From Glaucostegus cemiculus (taxonomy: Eukaryota): DNA of 64,000 nucleotides. Each line of letters opens with the position of its first letter. Position 1 is the stretch's first letter. The position numbers were made by a program, and so were the translations under genes. This document shows positions 23,357 to 35,849 of this stretch, piece after piece. The notes below the pieces were generated by a model, which was given only the letters and a program-made list of their open reading frames with translations, searched no databases and had not been told where the DNA came from. Location: positions 1-64,000 of the forward strand of contig CDPCPM010000180.1 in assembly GCA_976551045.1 (NCBI GenBank), read 5' to 3'.

Positions 23357-23799
23357 GTATCCAGATTTGTTTTCACTTTGATTCTTCCAGGAATTTGAAG
23401 AGAGAAATATTGGAGTTAAAATGTTAAAGAAAATAAGACTTTTTTTATCTCTGAGGTCATATAATAATTTTTAGGATATTTGTGATACATTTACACTTCA
23501 AGCTTGCAACATGTTTAAACTTCTTATGATAGAATTTTGACTTTGCTTTAAACATCTACCCAAACTGGTTCCTAAATTAAGTGGTTACTAGATTTCTTCC
23601 TTCGGATGCCTTGCTTGTTTCAGTATTGGACAAACCCCTAATTCTAGAGTCTGGGAATATTTATACTTTGACAATGTAATCAGTGCAAGGCTGTGTGTTC
23701 AGCTACATCTATGCAAATAGAGATTTCATGTGGTTGAGCCAGACTGTTTAATGTTGGGTTTGATGCAGGGCTGAGTTTTTAAAAGAAAAATTCTCTTCA

Positions 23800-24450
23800 T
23801 CACGAAACTATCTATTTCCACCTCCATAATATTGTCTGACTCTGACCTTGCCTCAGCTCATTTGCTGCTGAAACCCTCATCCATGCCATTTTGCATCTCC
23901 AGACCTGATTATTGCTGTGCTCTTCTTAACTGGCCTCCTAGCCTTGACCTGGCACAAGCTCATATTCAACCAAAACCCTTCTCTTATATTGTAAGCTGCT
24001 TTAAGTCTGATTCACTCATTGTGCCTGTCCTTGTTGAGCTATATTAGCTCCTTTGCTAAGAATCTCTCAGTTTTAAAATCCGCGTCTATACCTTCATGGC
24101 CTTGGCTTCCTCTCCCTTTTCAATAACTCCCACCTTCTTACAGTCTCTTCAAACCTTATGGGCCTTCTAGGTCCTTGCACTCTGCAACTTCTGACCTTTT
24201 AATTATTCGTTTGTTTTTTTTTACAGCATTAGCAATGGTGCTTTCAGTTGTCATTGCCTGAAGCTCTAGAATTCTATCTCAATATTATCTCCTCTCTACC
24301 TCTTCATCTCTCTTCTTAAAAACTGCCTCCTTATATCAGACCCATGGTGTATTTATCCAGATACCTTTTGGTGTCTCAGTATCAGCATTTTGTTCAATGC
24401 TGCTCCCGTTAGGTGTTCTTATGGTATTTTTCCAAACACAAGTATTGATT
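23800..24450 (+). mobile_element. Old L2-like LINE 3' fragment
   Basis: HAF..SRLDYC..LL-like gccattttgcatctccagacctgattattgctgtgctctt and cactcattgtgcctgtccttgttgagcta. Confidence 0.6.
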
Positions 24451-24894
24451 CTTGAATGCATATTTTGTGTCTTCAAGGAATTGATAAAAATATCTCTGAA
24501 TAATTATGGTGCAAATATTCATGTTCACCATTAAGTAAGGGAACTTTTTTTTGGGGTGGTCCTAATTTTGTGCTCTTTTGCAGTCTTTTTCAGGCCACTC
24601 GCATTATTCATGCTTGTCAATATCTTATAAAAGTGTGTCTATATTTTCTTTCATCAAACCCCATATCTTAACACTACCACTGTTATTCTATTCCGAACCC
24701 TTCATACTACTTCAGTGCCTCTATTGAAAGTAGTCTGAGAAATTGTGCCTATGGGCAACGTTCTGGTGCTGCAGTTGTGGGTTCAGTTGTGGGTGTTGAA
24801 CATTATGAAAATTTCTTTTGTAAAGTGAATGTTGACAGATAGTTTGAGTGAGGTTTGATTTTTGAATCTTGACCAACTGGTACAATGTGCTCGG

Positions 24895-26036
24895 AGATTG
24901 GTGTGTAAGATTAGGGCTCACGCAATTGGAGGGAGGATATTAGCATGGATAGAAAACTGGTTGGCAGATAGGAAGCAAAGAGTAGGGGTGAATGGATGTT
25001 TCTCAGAGTGGCAGGCCGTGACTAGTGGGGTGCCACAGGGCTCTGTTCTGGGACCTCAGCTTTTTACGATTTATGTTAATGATTTAGAGGAAGGCATTGA
25101 GAATAGCATTAGCAAGTTTGCTGATGATACAAAGTTGGGTGGGAGTGCGACAAGTGTAGAGAAAGTAAGGAAAATTCAAAGGGACTTGGATAGGTTGGGT
25201 GAATGGGCGGAAACTTGGCAGATGAAGTTTAATGTGGAAAAGTGTGAGGTTATTCACTTTGGGAACAGGAACGGGAAGGCGAATTATTTTCTGAATGGTG
25301 TGGAGCTTGGCAAGGGGGAAAAACAAAGGGATTTAGGAGTATGTGTGCATCATTCACTGAAAGTGAATGAGCAAGTACAGCAGGCAGTAGCGAAGGCAAA
25401 TGGAATGTTGGCCTGTATTACAAGGGGAATTGAGTACAAAAGCAAAGAGATTCTTCTGCATTTGTACAGGGCCCTGGTGAGACCACTGCTGGAGTATTGT
25501 GTACAGTTTTGGTCTCCGGGATTAAGGAAGGATATCCTGGCTATAGAGGGTGTGCAGTGTGGGTTCACAAGGTTAATTCCGGGGATGTCAGGACTGACTT
25601 ATGCTGAGAGGTTGGAGAGACTGGGTTTGTACACGCTAGAATTGAGAAGATTAAGAGGGGATCTGATTGAGACTTATAGGATTATTAAAGGTTTGGACAG
25701 GATAGAGGTAGGATGTATGTTCCAGATGTTGGGGAAATCCAGGACCAGAGGGCATGAGCTAAGAATTAAGGGTATGCCATTTAGGACAGAAGTGAGGAGA
25801 AACTTCTTCTCACAAAGGGTGGTAAATCTGTGGAATGCACTGCCTCAGAGGGCAGTGGAGGCCAATACACTGGGCACTTTCAAGGAAGAGTTAGATAGGT
25901 TTCTTATAGATAGGGGTATCAGGGGATATGGGGACAAGGCAGGAACAGGTTATTGATCAGCCATGATCTCAAAATGGCGGAGCAGACTCGAAGGGCCGAA
26001 AGGTCTACTTCTGCTCCTATTGTCTATTGTCTATTG
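24895..26036 (+). mobile_element. Young 5'-truncated CR1 LINE with uninterrupted RT C-terminal frame
   Basis: ORF 24862-25956: [50 protein letters not shown]; 3' UTR ends in (ctattgt)n. Confidence 0.95.
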
Positions 26037-26184
26037 AGGCTGTCTTTTTTTAGCATTAGAAAGCACCTTGATGTTGAGGTCCAGCTAACTCTTTCAGTCA
26101 GAGCTAGCAAACGAGATAGATGAAGGGGGTCCCTGTGGTGGAGAGGATCAGATTCCCAGAGGGAGGAGAAGGACCATCAGTGGG

Positions 26185-26310
26185 ACCCTTGAGCTCTGTA
26201 CCAGCTTCCACCCCACCCTCAAATTCACCTGGTCCATCTCTGACGCCTCTTCCCCCCTTTCATGATCTCTCCGTTACCATCTGAGGAGACAGACCATCCA
26301 CTCTGTGAGG
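26185..26310 (+). mobile_element. Penelope-like RT fragment
   Basis: FHPTLKFTWSISDASSPFHDLS, matching the H.IKFT...LPFLD motif of Penelope RT. Confidence 0.65.
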
Positions 26311-26998
26311 CCTCTTTTAGCTCTGTAATCTGCATCATTTATATTCTGAACAGTTTTGACCAAACTTGCCATTTGTCTCAGGGTTTGGATATCTTTAAGG
26401 TAGATATAGATTGTTTCTTGGTAAATAAATGCCAGTTGGGCAACTGATTGTTCCATTGTATTCTGATTTCCATATTAAAATGAACTTTTCACATGGGCAG
26501 GTGACTTGGATTCTGACAGGAGGCCCCTTTCTGGATGATTTTGGCTGCCTTGTTTGTGTTTATGTAATTTTTGAGGGAGGATCTTGATATTCTGGAGAAA
26601 CAAAGGACTGCAGATGCCGGAATCTAGATGAGAAACGCGACGATGCTGGAGGAACTCAGCAGGCCTGCTCTGATCCTCCAGTGTCATCGTGTTTTTCATG
26701 TTGATATTGTGTCCGTGCCAGATGATTGGAGTGAAATTCAATCCTCCTCTTTTTGCAGTTTATCCGAAACTAATAGTTTGTAGGCAACAAACGTGGCCTT
26801 GCCAATGCCGATCATGTATCCCAGGAACAAGTTTGCTACCAGCTAGTTTGGCCCAATTTGCTCCTTTTCATCAACAAATGAACTTGCTATATCAATGCTT
26901 TTTTAAAATCTATTACACTTAATTACATTGTATTTTAGTGATCATTTTGCTGACACATAATCTGATGTTTAACTGTGCCCCTGTTTTAAATTTTACAG

Positions 26999-27097
26999 GG
27001 GAATCAGATGATTCTGACAGCCATGAAGAATCTTTACTAGACGGTGCTTCCTTGGCATCTGATCGTAATGATAACCATGAAGAAGCTATTGCTGATG
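26999..27097 (+). CDS. SKAP2: SKAP2-like coding exon (exon 4 equivalent, acidic linker), 99 bp, phase 1-1
   Basis: ttttaaattttacag acceptor and gtatgt donor. (G)ESDDSDSHEESLLDGASLASDRNDNHEEAIAD(G), compared with human ...ISLASERYDKDDEAPSDG; in frame with exon 9936-9961. Confidence 0.88.
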
Positions 27098-27349
27098 GTA
27101 TGTAAATCATCGTATGGTTTGCTTTTACCATTTTTCTTTAGAGACTGAAATGTGGACCTCCAATTTGATGATGTTCTCTGGAACCAGATTAGCAGCAAAT
27201 TCACGGTGATGTTGAATTGTGTTCCTTTTGGAGGGCAGCGATGAGGTATTGAAGAGCTCCCTCTAGTGGAATTCAGTGTATAAAGGGAAAAAAAACTTAA
27301 CTGCTGCAGCACAAAAAAGTCTTGATGGAAAGTTCATTTTAAAATAAAC

Positions 27350-27587
27350 TATGTTATTCACATGTACATCGAAACACACAGTGAAATGCACCTTCTGCGT
27401 AGAGTGTTCTGGGGGCAGTCCGCAAATGTCGCCACGCTTCCGGCGCCAACATAGCATGCCCGCGTCTTTGGAATGTGGGAGGAAACCCACGCAGACATGG
27501 GGAGAACATACAAACTCCTTACAGACAGTGGCCAGAATTGAACCCAGGTCGCTGGTGCTGTAATAGCGTTACGCTAACCGCTACACT
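27350..27587 (-). mobile_element. V-SINE-type SINE family A with internal deletions
   Basis: Aligns to 2712-3015 and 46208-46511. Confidence 0.85.
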
Positions 27588-27779
27588 TGTAGTCAACATC
27601 TAACAAATATCAAGTACATTTTATTAATTTCTTACATGTCACCTTTTCCCCACTTTACCCGCTCACCATGGTTGGCTTCATGCGAACAAGGAATTTCTTT
27701 GCACCCTGGTGTATGTGGCAATAAACTACTCTGAATTTGAGAATTAGCTTTAGAAATGTTATATGTTGTAAGACAGTTT

Positions 27780-28810
27780 ATAACAACAAAAGCAGAATGC
27801 TGGGAGGACTGAGTGAGTCAGTCAGCATCTGTGGAGGCAAAAAGGTGCAAATCTACATTTTGGGTCAAGACCCTACATCAGAACTAGAACATAGAACAGA
27901 ACAGACCCTTTGGCCCACAATGTTGAGCCGACATAGCTATTCCCTCCTACCTACAGAATGCCCATGTCCATCTATTTTTCTCTTATTCATGTGCCCATCC
28001 AAGCCCCTCTTAAAAGCCCCCATGAATTTGCCTCCACCACCCTATCAGGCAATGCATTCCAGGCATCCAGCACTCTCTCAGTAAAAAACATTACTCTCAC
28101 GTCTGTTCTGAACTTACCCACTCTCACCTTAAATGCATGCAACTGAGAGGGAAGAGGAAAGATTGCCAGTTTATAGCAACGGTGGGGAGGGGGGAGGGAA
28201 ATAGATACAAGATATTTATTAGTCACATGTACATCAAAACACACAGTGAGATGCCCCTTTTTGCATTACTGAGAGTATTCTGGGTGGCAGGCCGCAAGTG
28301 TTGCCACTCTTCCGGCGCCAACATTGCATGCCCACAGCTCCTAACCTGTATGTCTTTGGAATGTGGGAGGAAACTGGAGCACCCGGAGGAAACCCACGCA
28401 GACACACAGGGAGAACGTACAAACTCCTTACAGACAGCGGCCAGAATTGAACCCGGGTTGCTGGCGCTGTAGTACCGTCACGCTAACTGCTATGCTACTG
28501 TGCTGCCTATAAAGGCTGGGAGGTGATAGGTGGAACTAGATAGGGAGAGGATGATTGGCAGATGGAACCTGGTGAAGGGAGAAGATGGGAAAGAGGAATG
28601 GAGGGAGAAGAAAACTTCTGAATGTGTGTGGGAGGAGAACACTGGGGATGTGGGTGACCTACTGGGTCGTAAGCAGAATATGAGATGTTCTTCCAATTTG
28701 TGTTTGGCCTCTCCATAGCAATTGAGAAGGCTGAGGACAGATAGCTTGGTGTGGGAGTGGGTAGGAGAATTAAAGTGACGTGCAACTGGAAGCTCGAGAT
28801 GGCCGTAGTA
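27780..28810 (-). mobile_element. Penelope-like 3' region interrupted by a CR1 tail (about 27885-28142) and a SINE (28203-28507)
   Basis: Minus ORF ELPVARHFNSPTHSHTKLSVLSLL...KHKLEEHLIFCL; terminal decayed hammerhead-like ctgatgt agggtcttgaccc aaaa. Confidence 0.75.
28203..28507 (-). mobile_element. V-SINE-type SINE family A, full length
   Basis: High similarity to 2712-3015 over the whole length. Confidence 0.9.
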
Positions 28811-28834
28811 TACAGAGCACAGGTGTTCCAAAAA

Positions 28835-29680
28835 CAGCCACCCCACCAGCCTCCATATCTTCCGTATCATCCTCTGCCATTTCCGCCAGCTCCAGCATGA
28901 TCCCAGCACCAGTCACATGTTCCCTACCTCTCTACTTTCTGCAAGTGCTGCTCTCTTCAGGACAAATACACCCACCCTCCCCCTCCCCAGGCACTTTCCC
29001 CTGCACCTGTCCCTTCATTTCTCCCCTCATCACCATCCAGGGACCTAAATAACCATTCCAGGTGAGGCAGAGGTTCAACCGTGCCTCTTCCTACCTGGAC
29101 AACTGCACTCAGTGCTCACAAAGTGACCTCCTCTATGTTGGTGAAACCAAGTGTAGACAAGGTGACCATATTGTAATGGCCATCTTGAATTTCCAGTTGC
29201 ATGTCCTTTTAACTCTCCTTCCACTCCCACATCATCCTGTCTCTCCTTGGCCTTTTCCATTGCAACGGAGAGGCCAAACACAAGTTGGAAGAACAATGTT
29301 TCACATTATGCTCGGGTAACAATAGTATGAATGTCGGATTTTTCAATCTCAGGTAACCTACACCCCTGGTGCTCTCCTCCCACACACACTCACCTGTTCA
29401 TCTAGTTTTCTTCTCCCTTTGTTCAGCTTTCATAGAAACATAGAGAAACTAGAGCACAATTCAGGCCCTTCAGCCCACAAAGCTGTGCCGAACATGTCCC
29501 TACCCTAGAAATTACTAGATTTACCCATAGCTCTCTATTTTAATAGAAACATAGAACCCATCCCATCTCCCCACCTGGTTCCATCTGCCCATCGTTCCCT
29601 CCCCATTGGGTTCCTCCTATCAGCCTTTATCCCACCCCAGCCTTCTGATTATTGTTCCAGATTCCAGCATCTACAATTAG
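28835..29680 (+). mobile_element. Penelope-like GIY-YIG fragment, opposite in orientation to the adjacent copy; CR1 tail nested at about 29432-29555
   Basis: TIQGPK*PFQVRQRF...CTQCSQSDLLYVGETK. Confidence 0.75.
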
Positions 29681-31289
29681 TAAAAAAAAAAGTTGATTTT
29701 TTTATGTTCGTGTAGATTGGAAGTTTCTAATGAGATTTCCAGGATGTGCGGCAAATATTAAACTTAAATCAAAAGTAAGCACTTTTATAACATGGCACAT
29801 GCATTTGGGCATGCTCTTAACATGGTGTATCATCTGCTTGCTGACTTCATGTGTATATTCATATAGAAATGCTTTCTATTATATATATTAACTGTTTTTT
29901 AATGAATCAGAGTTGAAGTATATTTTTGATTGGATTGAAGTGTGTTTATTAATAACATCTCTTAAGTTCATTCTGTTAAAATGTGGTACTGAATTGTATA
30001 TTGCATAATGCCAGTATTTCATAATCTTTCTTTCCCAGCTGATTAATGTTAAATTACTAACCTGTGTTTTATTTTAAATTTACCTTTCCAACATGTTTAA
30101 TGTTCACCAATTTTCGACTTTGTCTTCCAAATTGGAACGTTACATTTTTGTACTAAAGAGTGAGGGGTTTTACAAGCACTCTGGTAAGCATAGGACTTCA
30201 GTGGCTGACATATGTGGTGCACTTCCCTTGATTTTCCAATACACGCTTCAAGTGCAAGGCTTCATGCCAGAAGTAAGCATCTGTTAAATCCTTCCTCAGA
30301 CTTCATTCAAACAACATGTTTATCAGTGTCCAATCTTCATCTCTCTTTACTGACACAGTACTATGTTCAATTGTATGCCAACCACATTGTCTGAAAAGTC
30401 ATTTGCAAAAGTTTTATTACTTATAATCATGTAAGGAACTTAAAAAATAACTGGCTCTATTTTTAAATGCTCAATTACAAAAGCTAAAAGCACTATTTAG
30501 CAAACTATGCCCAATGAAAGTAGCATATTTGGATTAAATTCATACATTTCCCAATCTTGCAATCTATTTGCTTTTGTGCATCAGTGCATTTGAAAATCAA
30601 GTGAAGTGTAAATTGGGCACTTCCATACTTGTTGGTTGAGAAAGATTAAAACTAGAACGTAGTCTCAGTGATTATGCAGGTAATTTCAGCTATTTGATTT
30701 TAACCTCACTGCATATGTGACTGAGTAAGAAGGAAATAGTTATTTTACTACCTGCAGAGCAGGTTTTTATGTACATTTTATGCTTGCATTTCCCCCACTG
30801 AAAAGCCATCAACATCATTACATATTATGTTTACCTTTAGTTTGCAGTTAAATATATAAAATTGATTCCAGTGCTGGATTATTTTGCTAGAAGCTTTAAC
30901 ATCAGAAAAGGAGGTTGGTATGTCAGAAGAAGCATGCTTGCTCTTTGTTCTGTAAATGTGCACCTATTTGCCAATCGTTAAGTTGATATTTGTTTTCTTC
31001 AACTACAATGCTCGCTGGCTGACATTTTAAGAAGGAAAGATTGAAATTTGTAGCCGTTCCCCAACTGTAAATACTCACAAAGAAGAAACTATGACCACAG
31101 TTTTTCAGTCTCTTGGGAATGGTGCCAGAGGACTGGAAGATTGCAAATATTACATTTTGTTCAAATAGCAGAGGACTAAATCTCACTGATCGTTCTAACG
31201 TCACTAAAGGGATAAATGCCGGAGTCATTTGTAAGAGACAAAATTCGGTCTCACTCTTAGAAATCTAGGCTAATAAAGTTAGCCACCAA

Positions 31290-32400
31290 TGATGTATTTA
31301 AGATGAATCTTGTATGAATAATGTGATTCGAGTTCCTTATTGGAATATAAGGAGCAGGCAGATGGAAGTATCGCTGTAGACTTTTCAAAGGCAATTGATT
31401 AAGTAATACATATCAAACGTTTTTAGAAGTAAGTGCATATGGTCTGAAAGGGATGGTGTGTTTCTGGAGAAGATTTGGCTAAGAGAAAGGAGCCAGAGAA
31501 AATTGATGCATGGGTATTTTTCTGACTGGAAGGAAGTTTAGGGAATTAGCTGAATGGCCAGAAGGGTAATGCCTCAGCATATTTTAATTGGCAGGATGTG
31601 ATTAGTGGCGTTCCGCAGAGATTTGTGTTGGATTCTCAACTGTTTATTAACAGCTCGAGTAGCTCTTTCTTCTATCAAAATTTGCTAATGATATACAAAA
31701 ATGAGTTTTACAAGTGGCATGAATGGAAGCATGAAGTTGCAAAGAGGTATTAATAAATTAAGTAAATTACAAACAGCCTGTGAGGGTTTTTGATATACGC
31801 AAGTGTGAAGTAATTCATTTTGGACTCAAAAACAATGCTTTAGAGTATTTCCAAAATGTCATGCACAAGTACAAAAAGTCAAAAAGGTGAATAGAATTCT
31901 GGCTTTAGCTCAAGGATTTGAACACAGAATTTAAACATAAAACTACCAATGAGTAAAACCCAGGTTAGACAACATCTGGAGTATTTTGAACAGTTGTGGG
32001 CAGTGCGCCTTGAGGAGGAGGTATCAGCTTTGGAGGGAGTCCAGAAGAGATAAAGTAGAATGATACCAGGACCTCGTGGGTTAAATTATAGGAGTTTATA
32101 GGAACAAAAACTCAATTCCACATTCCAGAATTTTGAGATTAAGAGACGCTTTGATCAAGATTTTCAAGATGTTAGTGGGGGAACTAATTGAGGGTAGAGA
32201 ATCTAGGAACTAGTGAAACAGAAATTTTAACTTCCAACATTGGCTGTTGAAATTTTTAAATCTGAAATTGACACATTTCTGTTAAATAAACATATTTAGG
32301 AAGATGGTGAAAAGGCAGGCATGTGGAGTTATGCCACGGATCATTTTGGTCGCATTAAATAGCAGAATAGGCTTTGGATGCTCAATTTCTGCCATGCTCT
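31290..32400 (+). mobile_element. Old degraded CR1 RT fragment
   Basis: DFSKA.D, SGVPQ, KFA.D and KCEVIHFG remnants. Confidence 0.7.
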
Positions 32401-33448
32401 TGGGGCAATTCAGTGTGGATTTGTGAAGTTATGTACTATGTGTAAACAATGGAGTGCTGCAAAAGAAAGGGAGTGTCGGGATGTACTTTAACAAATCCTT
32501 GCAGGTGGCAGGCCAAGTTGATGATTTTAAGAGTGTGTGTACAGGACACTTTGTGAAGTGCGTTGTTATACTTGGCCTGAATCGATCATTGGTTATATCT
32601 CGGCTCAGGTATTAAAGTAAAAATCCAGTGTACAAGTAAACTAAGGTCTTACTTTTGCACAGTTTTTGTACACTATATGGTAAAATTTTAAGTTTAATAT
32701 ATATTGTGTGTTGTCTGTACCTGTGTGCCTGTGATGCTGCTGCAAGTTTTTCATTGTATCTATACCTCACCATACTTATGCACAAGACAGTAAACTTGAT
32801 GACTTGAGATCCAGTTTACCTACTGCACTTGTGTGTTCCGGGGTCTTAAGTCAGGGAAAATTCTTAACATCTCCAAGCATCTTTTCACAAACTGTTCTCT
32901 TTCAACATGACCACTTTGCAAACGGTATGCAGAATGGGAAAACTTACTGTCTGGGTTGTAAGTTTGAAAAGTTTGTGAAACAAAGTGTGTTACCTGCACA
33001 GTTACCTATAACCTTGTGGAAGTCTGCAGAATGCAGGAAGCACTGAAGGCCTTCCCTAACAAAGCAAAGATAGGGAATTATGCACAGAAAAAGTGCAAGG
33101 GTAAAGCAACGACGAGCCAGATAAGCTGTTATGCTCGGGGTTTCAGGGAAGGAGGTGGGAAGGAAGAGAGTGTGTTTGGGTGGGAAGAGAGAGTTGTGGG
33201 GAGGGAGGAATAGGCTCATGGGTTTGGTGCAGAGATGCCTGAGCTTGCTTGCTTACATACATACCTTCCCTCTGTTTGTCTCTCCCCCTCTACTGTCTGC
33301 TTCTCTTGCCTCTGGCCACCTCTGCCACCTGGCCCCTTACACCCCAAGGCCCAAATTCTTTCTCTCTCACAGTTGCTGCTGCTGCCTCTGGTTGAGATGC
33401 AGCAGGAATAGGCATACTTGTGTGAAATTGTGGCGTTCAGCAGGGCAT

Positions 33449-34527
33449 ATAGAACAGTACAGCACAATACAGGCCCTTCGGCCCACAATGTTGTACCAAC
33501 CTTTAAACCACGTCTAAGACTATCTAACCCCTTCCTCTCACATATCCCTTTATTTTATATTCCTCCATATGTTTATCTAGTAATCTCTTGAAGTTGACCA
33601 ATGTACCTGCTTCCACCACCACCCCAGGCAGCACATTCCATGCCCCAACCACTTTCTGGGTAAAAAACCTTCCTCTGATATCTCCCTTGATCTTCCCACC
33701 CATTAATTTAAAGCCATGCCCTGTTGTATTGAGCATTGTTGCCCTGGGAAAGAGGCACTGGCTGTCCACTCTATCTATTCCTGTCAATATTTTGTGCACC
33801 TCTATCATGTCTCCTCTCATCCTCCTCCTCTCCAAAGAGTAAAGCCCTAGCTCCCTTAGTCTCTCCTCATAATGCATACTCTCTAAATCAGGCAGCATCC
33901 TGGTAAATTTCCTCTGCATCCTTTCCAATGCTTCCACATCCTTCCTATAATGAGGCGACCAGAACTGGACACAGTACTCTAAGTGTGGTCTAACCAGAGT
34001 TTTGTAGAGCTGCATCATTACCTCGCGGATCTTAAACTCGATCCCTCAACTTATGAAAGCTAACACCCCATAAGCTTTCTTAACTACCCTATCCACTTGT
34101 GAGGCAACTTTCAGGGATCTGAGGCTATGGACCCCCAGATTCCTCTGCTCTTCCACACTACCCAGAATCCTGCCATTAACTTTGTACTCTGCCTTGGAGT
34201 TTGCCTTTCCAAAGTGTACCACCTCACATTTCTCCAGATTGAACTCCATCTGCCACTTCTCAGCCCAGCTCTGCATCCTATCAATGTCCCCCTGCAATCT
34301 TCGACAATCCTCTACACTATCCACAACACCGCCAACCTTTGTGTCATCTGCAAACTTGCCAACCCACCCTTCTACCCCCTTCATCCAAGTCGTTAATAAA
34401 AATCATGAAAAGCAGAGGTCCCAGAACTGATCCTTGTGGGGCGCTGCTAGTCACAGCCCTCCAGCCTGAATGCACTCCCTCCACCACAACCCTCTGCTTT
34501 CTACAGACAAGCCAATTCTGAATCCAA
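33449..34527 (-). mobile_element. 5'-truncated CR1 LINE, with few disablements
   Basis: ORFs 34344-34694, 34046-34384 and 33524-34018: [49 protein letters not shown]. Confidence 0.95.
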
Positions 34528-35849
34528 ATTAATTGAAAAATGCTGCCATCACTGAGGTAGAAGGAGAATGTGAGAGACACTGAGAACCAGGACCGATGCT
34601 GGGGAGACAGTTCAATCTTTACCCTGGCAGCACATGGATGAGGGATCCAATATCTGAGGGAATGCTGTGGACCCTGTGTAGCTCCAGGTGACAAAAGCTA
34701 GCCACAGTTCAGGAAAACTTTCTGATATACAGTCCAGGGTACGTGGCATCTCCTTTGTTTTTGCATCCTTCAAAGAATTCCCAGGAAATCGAATTATTCA
34801 TTGGATTTTATGGTATCTGCCATGGTAGATGAAAGGGCGTGATTGAAGAAGCTTGGATTATTTTTCTTAAGAGGACATTAAAGAATTGTCTAGTGGAACT
34901 ATTCAAAATTATGAGGGATTTTAGTAGATCAACTGAGAAGATGCCATTTTATATGATAAAAAAGGTGGTGACCAGGAATCATGGATTTATAATTTTCAGT
35001 AGAAGAATTGGGACAGAAATTGCTTAACATGATTTAGTGTGTCACCCACTAAGGTTATTGTTTGCAACAGGAAATGTACCTTTTTCAAAGGTTTCACCGA
35101 TTTTCAACCCCTTCTAACTGGGGGGGGAGAAAATGACTAGTGGCAGAATAAAGCAATGTGTAAGCACTTTTTATATTAAGTTCACCACTTACGTCAGTAA
35201 AGAAGTACTACTTATTTCCAAAAATGTTACCTTAATGGAAGTGGCATGTGTATTGTAGATATACTGGGGCAAATCATCTGCCTGGGTGCCTGCACCACTG
35301 TTAGGTTTGAGTCAACAGTAGGAAGTTCCGCTTGTGTCACTTGTTGGCAGCACCCATATACCAGTGGACACCTCATGGAGTTCAACAGGAACACAGATTT
35401 CCAGATGTTCCCAGTTCTCAGGCACAGAAATATACATGTTCAGTTAGCACAAGTAGAGCAATATCATAGGAAGCAGAACTTCAACAGATGACAAAGCCTT
35501 TCCTGCATGTATTTGCCTGTAAGAGGCCATGCACTTTTTCATGTTGAGGTGCTTGTGCCGGCTTCTGAGTCGCAAACCGCTCCCACAAGTGCAGGTGACT
35601 GGTAATCCAAGGGCATGGAAGATTTATCCCAATATAATAAAATATTGAAGAAAGACTTAAAAGTGGGAACATTTTTGCTCTGTAGCGAATTGTGATAGGT
35701 AATAAGAATCAAAATATAATAAATGTAATTAAAATAGCTATTGTACATCTTCAGTTTCAGAAGCTTTTTCACTTTGTTGATTATAACAGGGAAAATATGT
35801 ACCTGTGACAGTCTATACCATGTCAGCATCCATTTACAAATGTTCAGAT

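Noticed and set aside
23365-23460. Acceptor-like tttcactttgattcttccag at 23390 as an extra exon
   Set aside because: No SKAP2-like peptide follows, and exons 9936-9961 and 26999-27097 already join in frame.
24862-25956. 364-aa ORF as a host gene
   Set aside because: It is the C-terminal part of CR1 ORF2, truncated at the 5' end and without a genuine ATG start.
35220-35640. Possible processed pseudogene or transposase remnant
   Set aside because: Translations in the frames examined gave nothing recognisable.
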